Origin: Thermoanaerobaculales bacterium
Lineage (GTDB): Bacteria; Acidobacteriota; Thermoanaerobaculia; Thermoanaerobaculales; Sulfomarinibacteraceae
Direction of reading: 5' to 3'
Assembly: GCA_035358815.1 (NCBI GenBank)
Contig: DAOPQC010000002.1
Coordinates: 472,207-536,206, forward strand
DNA length: 64,000 bases
Position numbers and translations under genes: made by a program. Every line of letters begins with the position of its first letter. Positions within the stretch are counted from its first letter, which is position 1. Of this stretch, positions 54,016 to 62,635 are shown one piece after another. A model generated the notes under the pieces. It did not search any database. It was not told where the DNA came from and saw only the letters and a program-made list of their open reading frames with translations.

Positions 54016-56694
54016 TCAGCTCGCGCCCGGCCGACCGCCTTCGGCCGCGCCGGCCGCGAGCGTCACCACCATCTCGGGCACATTCCAGCCGGCGGCCTGC
54101 ACGAGCGCGCCGTCGAGCGAGCCGGCACCGGGCACCCGCACCCGCAGCAGCCGCTCCTCGCCCGGCAGCAGCGTCACGTAGTTGTCGTCCCACAGCACCG
54201 GCAGGATAGACTTCCCCGCCGCGTCGACCAGCCGCAGCTCGATGAAGAAGGCGACCGCCTCGCTCGGGTTGCGGAGCCGGACCGTGACCTCGGGGCCGGC
54301 CGCCGGATGCTCGACCGCGGCCTCGAGCTCGAGACCAACCTCGGGCAGCTGGTCGAGCGCCGAGAAGTCGGCGAAGCTCTTGGTCGGGGTCACGAACCAC
54401 AGGCTATTGCCCCAGTCGAGCACGTCCTCGGTGGTCGACAGCCAGTAGAAGTTGCGGGCGATCTCGCTCCCCTCGCGGTCGGCAAGCCGCAGGTCGAGGA
54501 ACCAGACCGGGGTCGGCGGCTTGACATCGGCGAGTGACAGCACGAGAGCCGAGGACGCGCCGTCGATGCTCGCCTCCCGCGTCGCGCTCTCAAACTCGCG
54601 GCCGTGCAGGTCGAGGGCGCGGACGGTCGCGACGCCGTCACGGCGCGCCAGCGTGTCGTTGACCAGGTGGACGGTCCGGTCGTGGTAGTTGTAGGCCAGG
54701 CTCAGCGGCCGGCAGGCGGCGCGCGCGCCGTAGAACGCGCCGTTGGGCATCAGGTCGTGGCCGTAGAGCTGCCAGTACATCTCCGGCCAGGCCGAGTTGA
54801 GCATCCACTGAATCACCCCGGTGGTCAGCGGCCGGTTGACCGCGAACGCCTCGAACATCGGCCGCATCGCCTCGTAGCTCGCCGCCTGCGCCTTGCGCAG
54901 GAACTCCTCGACGCCCGCCGACGGGCCATAGCGCCGGTCAAGAGCCTCGATGAAGCGGTTCATCTGGTTGAACTCGTTGCGGCCGCAGTGGTAGTCCCAG
55001 ACCTCGTCGACCGGCCACAGGTGCTCGGGCGGGATCATCCGCTTGACGCTCTCGAGCGGCGGCGGCTGCGGGCCGGGGCCGGTCTCGGTGTTGAAGCCGT
55101 AGGCACCGCCGCGCTCGCGGTCCTCGTACCAGTAGCGCGGCGGCACCCAGTCGTACGGCCCATTCATCTTGACCCCGCTCGGGCCGCTCACCTCGCTCTC
55201 CAGCCAGCCGCAGGAGACGAGGGACGGGCGGCTGGTGTCGGACATCGCGAGCACCGCCTGGTACTGCCGCTCGAGGTCGGGGTGCGGCAGCAGGTCGCTC
55301 GCCAGCACCCAGGTGAAGATGCTCGGGTGGTTGCGCAGGTAGCGCACCTGGTCGCCGAGCGACGCCGCCACCAGCGCCATCTCCTCAGGCTCGAGCACGC
55401 CTCCATACTGCTCGTCGACCGGCTTGCCGAGGTAGTCCTCCCACTCCCACTGGCAGCTCCAGCCCGGCATGATCAGCACGCCCTCGCGGTCGGCAATGTC
55501 GTACAGCGCCTGGCTCGATCCCCAGAAGCCCTCGAGCCGGATGGTGTTGAGGCCCATGTGCTTGACGTAGGCGATCTGGGCCTCGAGCTTCTCCGGCGTG
55601 TCGGCGAGCAGCGGGTCATCGACCCAGCCGCCGCCGCGCACCAGCACCGGCTTGCCGTTGACGGTGAAGCCGCGGTGGCCCTGCTCGTTGAAGGAGGTGC
55701 CGACCTCACGCACGCCGAAGGTGACGTCGGTCGAGTCGGACAGGCGGTCGCCGGCGAACGCCGTGGCCCGCAGCGAGTAGAGCTCGGGCTTGCCCAGGGT
55801 GTGCGGCCACCAAAGGCGCGGTGCATCGAGCTTGAGGACCGGGTGCTGGTCCGCGGCGAAGCGCACGACCGTCTGCTGCCCCGGCTCGAGCGCGACCTCG
55901 GTCTGGAACGCGGACCCCTCGAGCTCGCCCCTGGCGGTCGCGGTCAGCGCCTCCTCGCCGTGGTTGGTCAGCAGCATCTCCACGGTGAGCTCGGCCGAGG
56001 CCAGGGTGTCGAGGTCGACGTCGGAGCGGACGAAGACCTCGTCCACCGACACCGGGCCGGTCAGACGCAGGGCCACCGGCCGCCAGAGGCCCATGTTGCG
56101 GTCGGGCGGCCGCGGGTTCCAGTCGACGAAGCCGATCGTGAAGTCGCCGGGCTGCGGCGGCAGGACCTCCACTGCCAGAGCGTTGACCCCTGGACGGACG
56201 TGGCCGGCGAGGTCGAGGGAGTGCACCCGGAAGGCGCCGACGATCTCGTCGGCCGAGGCCAGCTGGGCGCCGTTGACCCAGACGTTGGCGCGGTAGTTGA
56301 TCCCCTCGAAGATCAGGCGCGCGGAGCCCCCAGCCTCACGCTTGCTGAGGGTGAACTCGGTCCGGTACCACCATGGCGCGTCGAACTGCTCGGTGGGCAC
56401 CTCCTCGAGGTTGGTGCCGAGGTAAAGGTCGGGGTAGCGGCCGGCGGCGACCAGCGCCGCCATCGGCGTCGCGGGCACCGAGGTCGCGACCCAGGCACCG
56501 GCATCGAAGCCCGGCGTCGACAGCGCGGCGCCGTCGTCGCCCGCATCCGCCGCCGCCGAGATCCGCCACCCGTCGGCGAGCTCGCGCCGGTTGGTCATGG
56601 GCGCCTCCCGCCCTGCGCAGCTCGAGAGAACGAGGAGCGCGCACGAGGCCGCGGCCAGCGACGACACCCTGGAGTGGACCGAGGGAGCTGGCAT
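54016..56694 (-). CDS. GH2 family exo-glycosidase of the beta-mannosidase / exo-beta-D-glucosaminidase (CsxA-like) clade, lipoprotein
   Basis: This is the real part of a 2020-aa run-on ORF; the start is set at ATG 56694 (892 aa). Signal/lipobox LVLSSC. Motifs: WWYRTEF, LIFEGINYRANVWVNG, NTIRLEGFWG, PGWSCQWEWE. Confidence 0.85.
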   Translation of the reverse strand: MPAPSVHSRVSSLAAASCALLVLSSCAGREAPMTNRRELADGWRISAAADAGDDGAALSTPGFDAGAWVATSVPATPMAALVAAGRYPDLYLGTNLEEVPTEQFDAPWWYRTEFTLSKREAGGSARLIFEGINYRANVWVNGAQLASADEIVGAFRVHSLDLAGHVRPGVNALAVEVLPPQPGDFTIGFVDWNPRPPDRNMGLWRPVALRLTGPVSVDEVFVRSDVDLDTLASAELTVEMLLTNHGEEALTATARGELEGSAFQTEVALEPGQQTVVRFAADQHPVLKLDAPRLWWPHTLGKPELYSLRATAFAGDRLSDSTDVTFGVREVGTSFNEQGHRGFTVNGKPVLVRGGGWVDDPLLADTPEKLEAQIAYVKHMGLNTIRLEGFWGSSQALYDIADREGVLIMPGWSCQWEWEDYLGKPVDEQYGGVLEPEEMALVAASLGDQVRYLRNHPSIFTWVLASDLLPHPDLERQYQAVLAMSDTSRPSLVSCGWLESEVSGPSGVKMNGPYDWVPPRYWYEDRERGGAYGFNTETGPGPQPPPLESVKRMIPPEHLWPVDEVWDYHCGRNEFNQMNRFIEALDRRYGPSAGVEEFLRKAQAASYEAMRPMFEAFAVNRPLTTGVIQWMLNSAWPEMYWQLYGHDLMPNGAFYGARAACRPLSLAYNYHDRTVHLVNDTLARRDGVATVRALDLHGREFESATREASIDGASSALVLSLADVKPPTPVWFLDLRLADREGSEIARNFYWLSTTEDVLDWGNSLWFVTPTKSFADFSALDQLPEVGLELEAAVEHPAAGPEVTVRLRNPSEAVAFFIELRLVDAAGKSILPVLWDDNYVTLLPGEERLLRVRVPGAGSLDGALVQAAGWNVPEMVVTLAAGAAEGGRPGAS

Positions 56695-56829
56695 CGAATC
56701 ACCCCCACCATGATGCCGTCGAATTGTGACATGGCCGCGGCGAAAGCGGCGCCCGCCTCGCTTCGTTGCAGCGTATATACTCTCGGCGGCGACGCCGCCG
56801 CACGCACGGGGAGCACACAGGGAGGCGCC

Positions 56830-57867
56830 ATGGGCCTGAGGGACGAGATCCTGGACCAGCCGGCTGCCGTCGCCCGCCTGCTCAACGGCCAGGCCGGGAC
56901 GGTCGCCGAGGTCGCGCGGCGCATCCGCGATCGCGCGCCACGCCTCGTCTACATCGCCGCCCGCGGCAGCTCCGACAACGCTGGCCTCTACGCGAAGTAC
57001 CTGTGGGGGGCGCACAACCGGCTCCCGGTGGCGCTCGCCACGCCATCCCTGTTCAGCGTCTACTCCTCGCCGCCGGCCCTCGGCGAGGCGCTGGTCGTGG
57101 GCATCTCGCAGTCCGGGCAGTCGCCCGACATCGTCAGCGTCGTCGAGGAGGGCCGGCGCCAGGGCGCGCTGACCCTGGCCATCACCAACGACCCCACATC
57201 GCCGCTCGCCGGCGCGGCCGAGCTGGTCATCGACACCATGGCCGGCCCGGAGCTCGCGGTCGCAGCGACCAAGACCTACACCACCCAGCTCGCCGCGATC
57301 GCCATGATCTCGACCGCCCTCTCCGGCGACGCCGGGCAGCAGGCCCGGCTCGCGCGCGCCCCGGCCCTGATTGGCGAGGCGCTGGCGCTCGAGGACACGA
57401 TCGCCGCAGCCTCGGCGCGCTACCGCTACATGTCGCAGGGCGTGGTGCTCGGCCGTGGCTTCAACTACGCCACCGCGTTCGAGTGGGCGCTCAAGCTCAA
57501 GGAGCTCGCCTACGTCGCCGCCGAGCCCTACTCGTCGGCCGACTTCCAGCATGGCCCGGTGGCGCTGGCGAGCCGCGGCTTCCCGGTGTTCGCGGTGGTC
57601 GCCGGCGGACGCATGGCCGACAACATCCGCGCGCTGCTCGCGCGGCTGGTCGCCGAGCAGGGTGTAGAGCTGCTGGCGATCGCCAACGACGCCGAGTCTC
57701 TCGCGCTCGCGCACACGCCGCTGCCGCTGCCCGCCGACCTGCCGGAGTGGCTGTCGCCGATCCCGGCGATCGTGCCGGCGCAGCTCCTGTGCTACCACCT
57801 GACCCGGGCCCGAGGCTTCGACACCGAGGGCCCGCGCGGACTGACCAAGGTCACCCTCACCTGGTGA
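56830..57867 (+). CDS. SIS-domain sugar-phosphate isomerase/deaminase (GlmS-C-terminal-like; GlmD / NagB-II type glucosamine-6-P deaminase candidate)
   Basis: The start is reset to ATG 56830 after GGGAGG. It has two SIS repeats: IAARGSSDNAGLYAKY, VGISQSGQSPD, VAATKTYTTQL, EWALKLKELAYV. Confidence 0.85.
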   Translation: MGLRDEILDQPAAVARLLNGQAGTVAEVARRIRDRAPRLVYIAARGSSDNAGLYAKYLWGAHNRLPVALATPSLFSVYSSPPALGEALVVGISQSGQSPDIVSVVEEGRRQGALTLAITNDPTSPLAGAAELVIDTMAGPELAVAATKTYTTQLAAIAMISTALSGDAGQQARLARAPALIGEALALEDTIAAASARYRYMSQGVVLGRGFNYATAFEWALKLKELAYVAAEPYSSADFQHGPVALASRGFPVFAVVAGGRMADNIRALLARLVAEQGVELLAIANDAESLALAHTPLPLPADLPEWLSPIPAIVPAQLLCYHLTRARGFDTEGPRGLTKVTLTW

Positions 57868-57885
57868 GCCAAGGAACCGGAGGTC

Positions 57886-59079
57886 ATGATGCGCCGTTCG
57901 ATCCCATCGTCCACCGCCGCCTCGCACCGGCTCCTCGTGCCGGCCCTGCTGCTCCTCGGCGCAGGCCTCGCCGCCGGCCTCGCCTGGACGCAGCAGCCTG
58001 CCGAACCCGACGGCCCGCTCCCTGTGCGCGGCTTCTGCATCGCGGCGCCGCTGCCGGACGGCGTCGACGCCTTCATCGACTTCATCGAGCAGGAGCTTGC
58101 TCCGGCCTCGATCAACACCCTGGTGCTGCGCGTCGACTACAACTTCGAGTACGAGTCCCAGCCCGAGCTGCGCGACGAGGTGGCGCTGAGCGGCAAGCAG
58201 GTCAAGAAGATCGTCAAGGCCTGCCGCCGGTCCGGGATCCGCGTCATCCCCCAGATCAACCTGCTCGGCCACCAGTCGTGGGAGGACGAGCTCATTGGCC
58301 TGCTCCGCGTCCACCCGGAGTTCGATGAGACGCCCCACATCCCGCTGCCCGAGGTCTATGTGTGGCCGAACCCGGACGGGCTCTACTGCAAGAGCTACTG
58401 CCCGCTCCACCCGCAGCTGCACTCGGTGGTGTTCCCGTTGATCGACGAGCTGCTCGAGGCCTTCGAGGCCGACGCCTTCCACGCCGGCATGGACGAGGTC
58501 TTCTACATCGCCGACCCCAAGTGCCCGCGCTGCGGCGGCCGCGATCCGGCGGAGCTGTTCGCGGGCGAGGTGACGGCGATCCGCAACCACCTGGCGTCGC
58601 GGGGCGCCGAGCTGTGGATCTGGGGCGACCGCCTGATCGACGGCAAGACCACCGGGATCGGGATGTGGGAAGCGAGCATGAACAACACCCACCGCGCGGT
58701 CGACCTCATCCCCAAGGACGTCGTGATCGCCGACTGGCACTACGAGCGCGCCGACCCGACTGCCCCCTACTTCGCGGTCAAGGGCTTCAAGGTCGTCAGC
58801 TGCCCGTGGCAGTTCGCGGAGGTCGCCTCCGCCCACATCCGCGCGACCCTCGAGTCGCGACGGACGTCGACCCCCGAGATGCGGGAGCGCTTTGCCGGCG
58901 TCATGCAGACGGTGTGGGCCCCTGCCGAGTCCTTCCTCGACCAGTTCTACGGCCGGGTCCCGCCCGACCGCGAGCGGGGCGACCCGATCGACTGCTGCAA
59001 GCGCTACCTTGCCGAGATGAAGGAGCTCGCGGGCCAGCCACAGCCGGCGGCCGCCGGCGGCGGCGGTCACTCGCCGTAG
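57886..59079 (+). CDS. secreted GH20-like catalytic-domain-only protein (distant hexosaminidase homolog)
   Basis: 397 aa with a signal peptide. It is TIM-barrel-like, and FHAGMDEV resembles the GH20 H-x-G-x-D-E catalytic motif. The assignment is tentative. Confidence 0.65.
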   Translation: MMRRSIPSSTAASHRLLVPALLLLGAGLAAGLAWTQQPAEPDGPLPVRGFCIAAPLPDGVDAFIDFIEQELAPASINTLVLRVDYNFEYESQPELRDEVALSGKQVKKIVKACRRSGIRVIPQINLLGHQSWEDELIGLLRVHPEFDETPHIPLPEVYVWPNPDGLYCKSYCPLHPQLHSVVFPLIDELLEAFEADAFHAGMDEVFYIADPKCPRCGGRDPAELFAGEVTAIRNHLASRGAELWIWGDRLIDGKTTGIGMWEASMNNTHRAVDLIPKDVVIADWHYERADPTAPYFAVKGFKVVSCPWQFAEVASAHIRATLESRRTSTPEMRERFAGVMQTVWAPAESFLDQFYGRVPPDRERGDPIDCCKRYLAEMKELAGQPQPAAAGGGGHSP

Positions 59080-60038
59080 AAGTTCTTGTCCCAGGCGTGG
59101 CGGCGCAGGATCGCGAGCGTCGCCTCGTCGAGCGTCCCCTGTTCGGACACCGCCAGGTTGGCATCGACGTGGCGGACAGTCCTCATGCCGGGGATCACGG
59201 TGCTGACCGCTGGATGCGAGAGGCAGAAGCGCAGCGCGATCTCGGGCAGCGTGCCCGCGACGCCCGCGAGGTCCCGGCGCAGGGCCGCCACCCGCTCCTC
59301 GACCTGCCGCGGCCGGTCGCCCGCGAAGTACTCGGCGCGGAAGTCGCCCGGGTCGAAGACCGTCGTCGCGGTGATCGCCCCGGTCAGGGCGCCCTCGTCG
59401 AACGGCACCCGCGCGATGACGCCGACCCCCACCTCGCGGGCGAGCGGCAGCAGTCGGCGCTCCGGGCTCTGGTCGAAGATGTTGTAGATCACCTGCACCG
59501 CGTCGACCAGGCCGCTGCCCACCAGCTCGAGCGCCGAGTCGGGATCGTGATCGTTGATCGAGACCCCGACCGCCCGCGCCTTGCCCGACGCCTTGAGGTC
59601 GGAGAAGGCCCGGCGCCAGTCGTCGCTTGCGAACCACTCCGGGTTCCACACGTGCAGCTGCTGCAGGTCGAGGGCCTCCAACCGGAGGTTGCGCAGGCTC
59701 TGCTCGGTGCATGCCATCACGTAGTCGTAGGGGAAGACCTCCTCGATCCCGATCCCTCGCCGCGCCGGCCACTGCTCGTTCTTCGGCGGAACCTTGGAGG
59801 CGACGAACACCGGCCTCCCGGCCTCCCGCACCACCTCGCCGACCAGCCGCTCGCTGTGGCCGTCGCCGTACGCGAGCGCGGTGTCGATGAAGTTGAGCCC
59901 GAGCTCGATCGACCGCCGGAGCGCGCGCCGCGCCTCGGCGTCGGTCCGGCCGAGCCACTGCACCCCGCCGACTCCCCATGCGCCGTAGGAGACCTCGCTG
60001 ACCTCGAAGCCGGTCCTGCCGAGCCTGCGGTACCTCAC
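59067..60038 (-). CDS. aldo/keto reductase
   Basis: The start is reset to GTG 60038, giving (M)RYRRLGRTGFEVSEVSYGAWGVGG, the canonical AKR N-terminus. It contains IDTALAYGDGHSE. Its 3' end overlaps the convergent GH20-like gene by 13 nt. Confidence 0.85.
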   Translation of the reverse strand: MRYRRLGRTGFEVSEVSYGAWGVGGVQWLGRTDAEARRALRRSIELGLNFIDTALAYGDGHSERLVGEVVREAGRPVFVASKVPPKNEQWPARRGIGIEEVFPYDYVMACTEQSLRNLRLEALDLQQLHVWNPEWFASDDWRRAFSDLKASGKARAVGVSINDHDPDSALELVGSGLVDAVQVIYNIFDQSPERRLLPLAREVGVGVIARVPFDEGALTGAITATTVFDPGDFRAEYFAGDRPRQVEERVAALRRDLAGVAGTLPEIALRFCLSHPAVSTVIPGMRTVRHVDANLAVSEQGTLDEATLAILRRHAWDKNFYGE

Positions 60039-60086
60039 AGTGTGCGCCTCTCGATCTTCCGTCGCTTCGACAACCCAACCTTCAGA

Positions 60087-60167
60087 AGGATTTCGTGCCG
60101 CAGCGGCCGTCGAACTGCCCTTCGGTCGACCCCGTACGCCGAAACGGCCGATGCGGCACGAAATCCT
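60087..60167 (-). terminator. large stem-loop (23-bp arms, 1 mismatch) at the 3' end of the DUF4388 gene; terminator or regulatory hairpin
   Basis: Arm AGGATTTCGTGCCGCAGCGGCCG (60087-60109) pairs with CGGCCGATGCGGCACGAAATCCT (60145-60167). The 35-nt loop has its own 5-bp stem. The hairpin overlaps the stop codon and lies 49 nt upstream of the AKR start. Confidence 0.6.
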
Positions 60168-61281
60168 AACGGTAGCGGATCTCGACCAGCCCGGCCTTGA
60201 CGAGCTTCCAGAACACCACCAGCGCCTCGAGCTCGGGCAGCGGCGAGATCTTGAGGATCGACCCGAGGTCGCTGCCGCCACCGATCCGCGACAGGATGAA
60301 GCCTTCCTCTGGGGTCAGCGACATGCCGCCCAGGTCGGCGGTCTTGGCGGCGAGCACCGGCACCCCGCCGCGATCCACGCCAGCCTCCTGCAGCTTCGCC
60401 CGGAGCTCGGACTCCACCGTCTTGATCTCGCGGCCAAGGTCCCGGTCGTCGGGCATCAGGCTCCCGGCGGCCCGCAGCCGGCGCAGCGCCTGCTCGAGGT
60501 CGAGCTCCACGATGCGGGCCCGGGCCTCGGCCACCAGGTCGGCGGCGGCGGTGGCGGGCGGCGCTGCCGGGGCGGACACCACCCTCGGCCGCACTGCCTT
60601 CAGGCGCCCGCTCGCCGCCATCTGGAACAGGATCTCGGACACGAAGTACTCGCCCGAGTGGGTCTGCAGGCAGATCTCCTCGACGCTGCGATCGTCGTTG
60701 ACCAGCTCGAGCACCGCCCGCCGGGCCTCGTCGGTCTCGCCCTCGAGCAGATCGCGCACCGCCACCGGCACGCACTGCGCCGAGGGTATGAAGCGCCGGA
60801 TCCGGGCCCACTCGTCGACCCTCCGGATGCCCTCTAGGGTCACCGAGGTGACGTTCAGCGAGATCGGCACCATCTCGTACGCCGGCAGCTCGCCGGCGAG
60901 AAAGCGGAACTGACCGTCCTCCCACAGGAACAGCTCGAAGATCGACTCCTCGGCCTTCAGCGCGAGCATCCGCTGGAGCTCCGCCTCGGCGACGGCCCCC
61001 TGGTCGACCAGGATCTTGCCAATCATCTCGCCGCTGCGGTCCTGCTCGCCGACTGCCGCCGCGAGCTCGGCCTCGCCGATGCAGCCGTGGCTGACCAGAA
61101 AATGCCCGAGGAACTCCCTGGGGTCGGTCGAGTTGCAGGACACGATCGCGCCGTCGCGGAAGTAGATCGACTTCACCACGTCGCCGTTGGAGACCATGAG
61201 CGTGCCGGTGGAGTGGCCGTTGGACAGCCAGCCGAAGATGTCTGACAGGACCATGGTCTTGAGGCTGCCGGCGATGGTCAT
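60166..61281 (-). CDS. DUF4388 (PATAN)-domain protein
   Basis: 371 aa. GSLKTMVLSDIFGWLSNGHSTGTLMV is the DUF4388 signature. It also has a GspE-N-like segment (MIGKILVDQGAVAEAELQRML) and a C-terminal LTPEEGFILSRIGG motif. Confidence 0.7.
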   Translation of the reverse strand: MTIAGSLKTMVLSDIFGWLSNGHSTGTLMVSNGDVVKSIYFRDGAIVSCNSTDPREFLGHFLVSHGCIGEAELAAAVGEQDRSGEMIGKILVDQGAVAEAELQRMLALKAEESIFELFLWEDGQFRFLAGELPAYEMVPISLNVTSVTLEGIRRVDEWARIRRFIPSAQCVPVAVRDLLEGETDEARRAVLELVNDDRSVEEICLQTHSGEYFVSEILFQMAASGRLKAVRPRVVSAPAAPPATAAADLVAEARARIVELDLEQALRRLRAAGSLMPDDRDLGREIKTVESELRAKLQEAGVDRGGVPVLAAKTADLGGMSLTPEEGFILSRIGGGSDLGSILKISPLPELEALVVFWKLVKAGLVEIRYR

Positions 61282-61361
61282 GGTGTCGTCTTCCGCCCTC
61301 CGCGACCGAGCGACGTGGATTGCAGTCTGCGCTGATCAGGTTGCCGCCGAGCGGGCTCGGA

Positions 61362-61841
61362 TCAGCCAGCGGCCTGATAACGGGTCCAGACCTCGGTGCG
61401 GCCGAGCAGCGACACACCGATGAAGCCCCGCACCTTGAGCGTGTCGCTGCCGTCGAGCGCCATCTTGCACTTGTAGGTCTTGCCCTCGTCCGGCGCGTAG
61501 ATGGTGCCGCCCTTCCACTTGCCGTCGCCGGCGTACTCGAAGTCGAACATCATCTCGAGACCGATGATCGGTCGCTGCCGGAGATTTTCCTCCGGGTTCT
61601 CCCGGTCGACCTTCTCCTGGCCCGCCATCCCCTGCTCGTCGTCCGCCGGGTAGACCGGCTTCTCGAGCCAGATGATCTTGCCGAAGTACTTGCCGTCCTT
61701 CTCGTAGACCTGGATCCGGGCCCCTCCGTCCTCGGTGCCGAGCGCGGTCGCCCACACGCCGACAACCGCGTCTCCCTCTCCGGCAATCCCAGGAACGGCG
61801 GCCAGCGCCACGATCGTGACCAGCAGTGCTGCACGTCTCAT
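61362..61841 (-). CDS. DUF2147-family secreted protein
   Basis: 159 aa with a signal peptide. Motifs: GVWAT..GGARIQVYEKDGKYFGKIIWL and GTIYAPDEGKTYKCKM..L.VRG. Confidence 0.75.
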   Translation of the reverse strand: MRRAALLVTIVALAAVPGIAGEGDAVVGVWATALGTEDGGARIQVYEKDGKYFGKIIWLEKPVYPADDEQGMAGQEKVDRENPEENLRQRPIIGLEMMFDFEYAGDGKWKGGTIYAPDEGKTYKCKMALDGSDTLKVRGFIGVSLLGRTEVWTRYQAAG

Positions 61842-61942
61842 GAGACCCTCCTCCGGGAACTCCCTTGCGGGACATCATACCGCGCGCCGGACGGGGCGTG
61901 GTCGACCGGGAGGCTGGTACAGTGCAGGCGACCGTGTGCGGC

Positions 61943-62458
61943 ATGACGTGGACCCTGGCGGCCCGGCTCGCGGTGGTGGCCGCACTCGCCGCGGCAGGGC
62001 CGGCCTGCGACCGCCCGCCCTCGCGGCCGGCGCCGTCGCGGCCGACCGCGGACTTGGTTGCGGCCACGCCGAACGCCGTCGGCATCCCCTACGGCCGCTA
62101 TCTCCTGGTCCGCAGCGGCGAGCGCGTCATCGCCCTGTACGTCAGCGCGCTGACGCCGCTCGGCGATCGGGTGTCGTACCGCTGGTACCTGGCGGACGGC
62201 GACGGCCGCTTCGCCCGGCCGGAGGAGCTCGAGCGCGGCGAGGGCGAGGCAGTGGAGCGCCCTCACACCGGCCGCTTCGCTCTCCCCGGGCCGCTGACCC
62301 TGAGCTGGTCGCGGGGCTCGACCGAGTTCGGTTGGCTGTACTGGCCGGAGGCCGATGGCGGCTTCGCGGTCTACTCGCGGCCGTTCGCCGATCTCGGCGA
62401 CGTCGGCGCCGCCCGGGACGGCGGCAGGTGGATGGTGCGGGAGGACTTCCGCCGCTGA
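61943..62458 (+). CDS. hypothetical lipoprotein
   Basis: The start is reset to ATG 61943 (MTWTLAARLAVVAALAAAGPAC, a lipobox). No family recognised. Confidence 0.55.
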   Translation: MTWTLAARLAVVAALAAAGPACDRPPSRPAPSRPTADLVAATPNAVGIPYGRYLLVRSGERVIALYVSALTPLGDRVSYRWYLADGDGRFARPEELERGEGEAVERPHTGRFALPGPLTLSWSRGSTEFGWLYWPEADGGFAVYSRPFADLGDVGAARDGGRWMVREDFRR

Positions 62459-62466
62459 GGCCACAG

Positions 62467-62585
62467 AGGATCTGGGATCTGGGGGATAGGATCTAGGGCC
62501 GCCGCCCGCCCGCGACCACTGCCGGCTCTCCCGCGGGGCCCGCCTCGCGTCCTCCCTATTCCCCAGATCCTAGATCCCAGATCCT
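62467..62585. repeat. 119-bp element with GGATCT/GGGGATA-type inverted arms
   Basis: The outer 14 bp form a perfect inverted repeat (AGGATCTGGGATCT ... AGATCCCAGATCCT). The inner arm modules are shuffled and the core is a 55-nt GC-rich segment. The left arm is identical for 21 nt to 10261-10281. Confidence 0.85.
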
Positions 62586-62635
62586 ATCGATGGCCTGCTT
62601 TCACGCGTGACCTCGATCCGATAAGCTGTCCGGCC

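Noticed and set aside
54016-60078. A 2020-aa minus-strand ORF, and the 1087-aa plus-strand ORF at 54604-57867
   Set aside because: Only 54016-56694 (GH2) on the minus strand has real protein character. On the plus strand only 56830-57867 (SIS) does. The remainders are antisense to genuine genes on the other strand.
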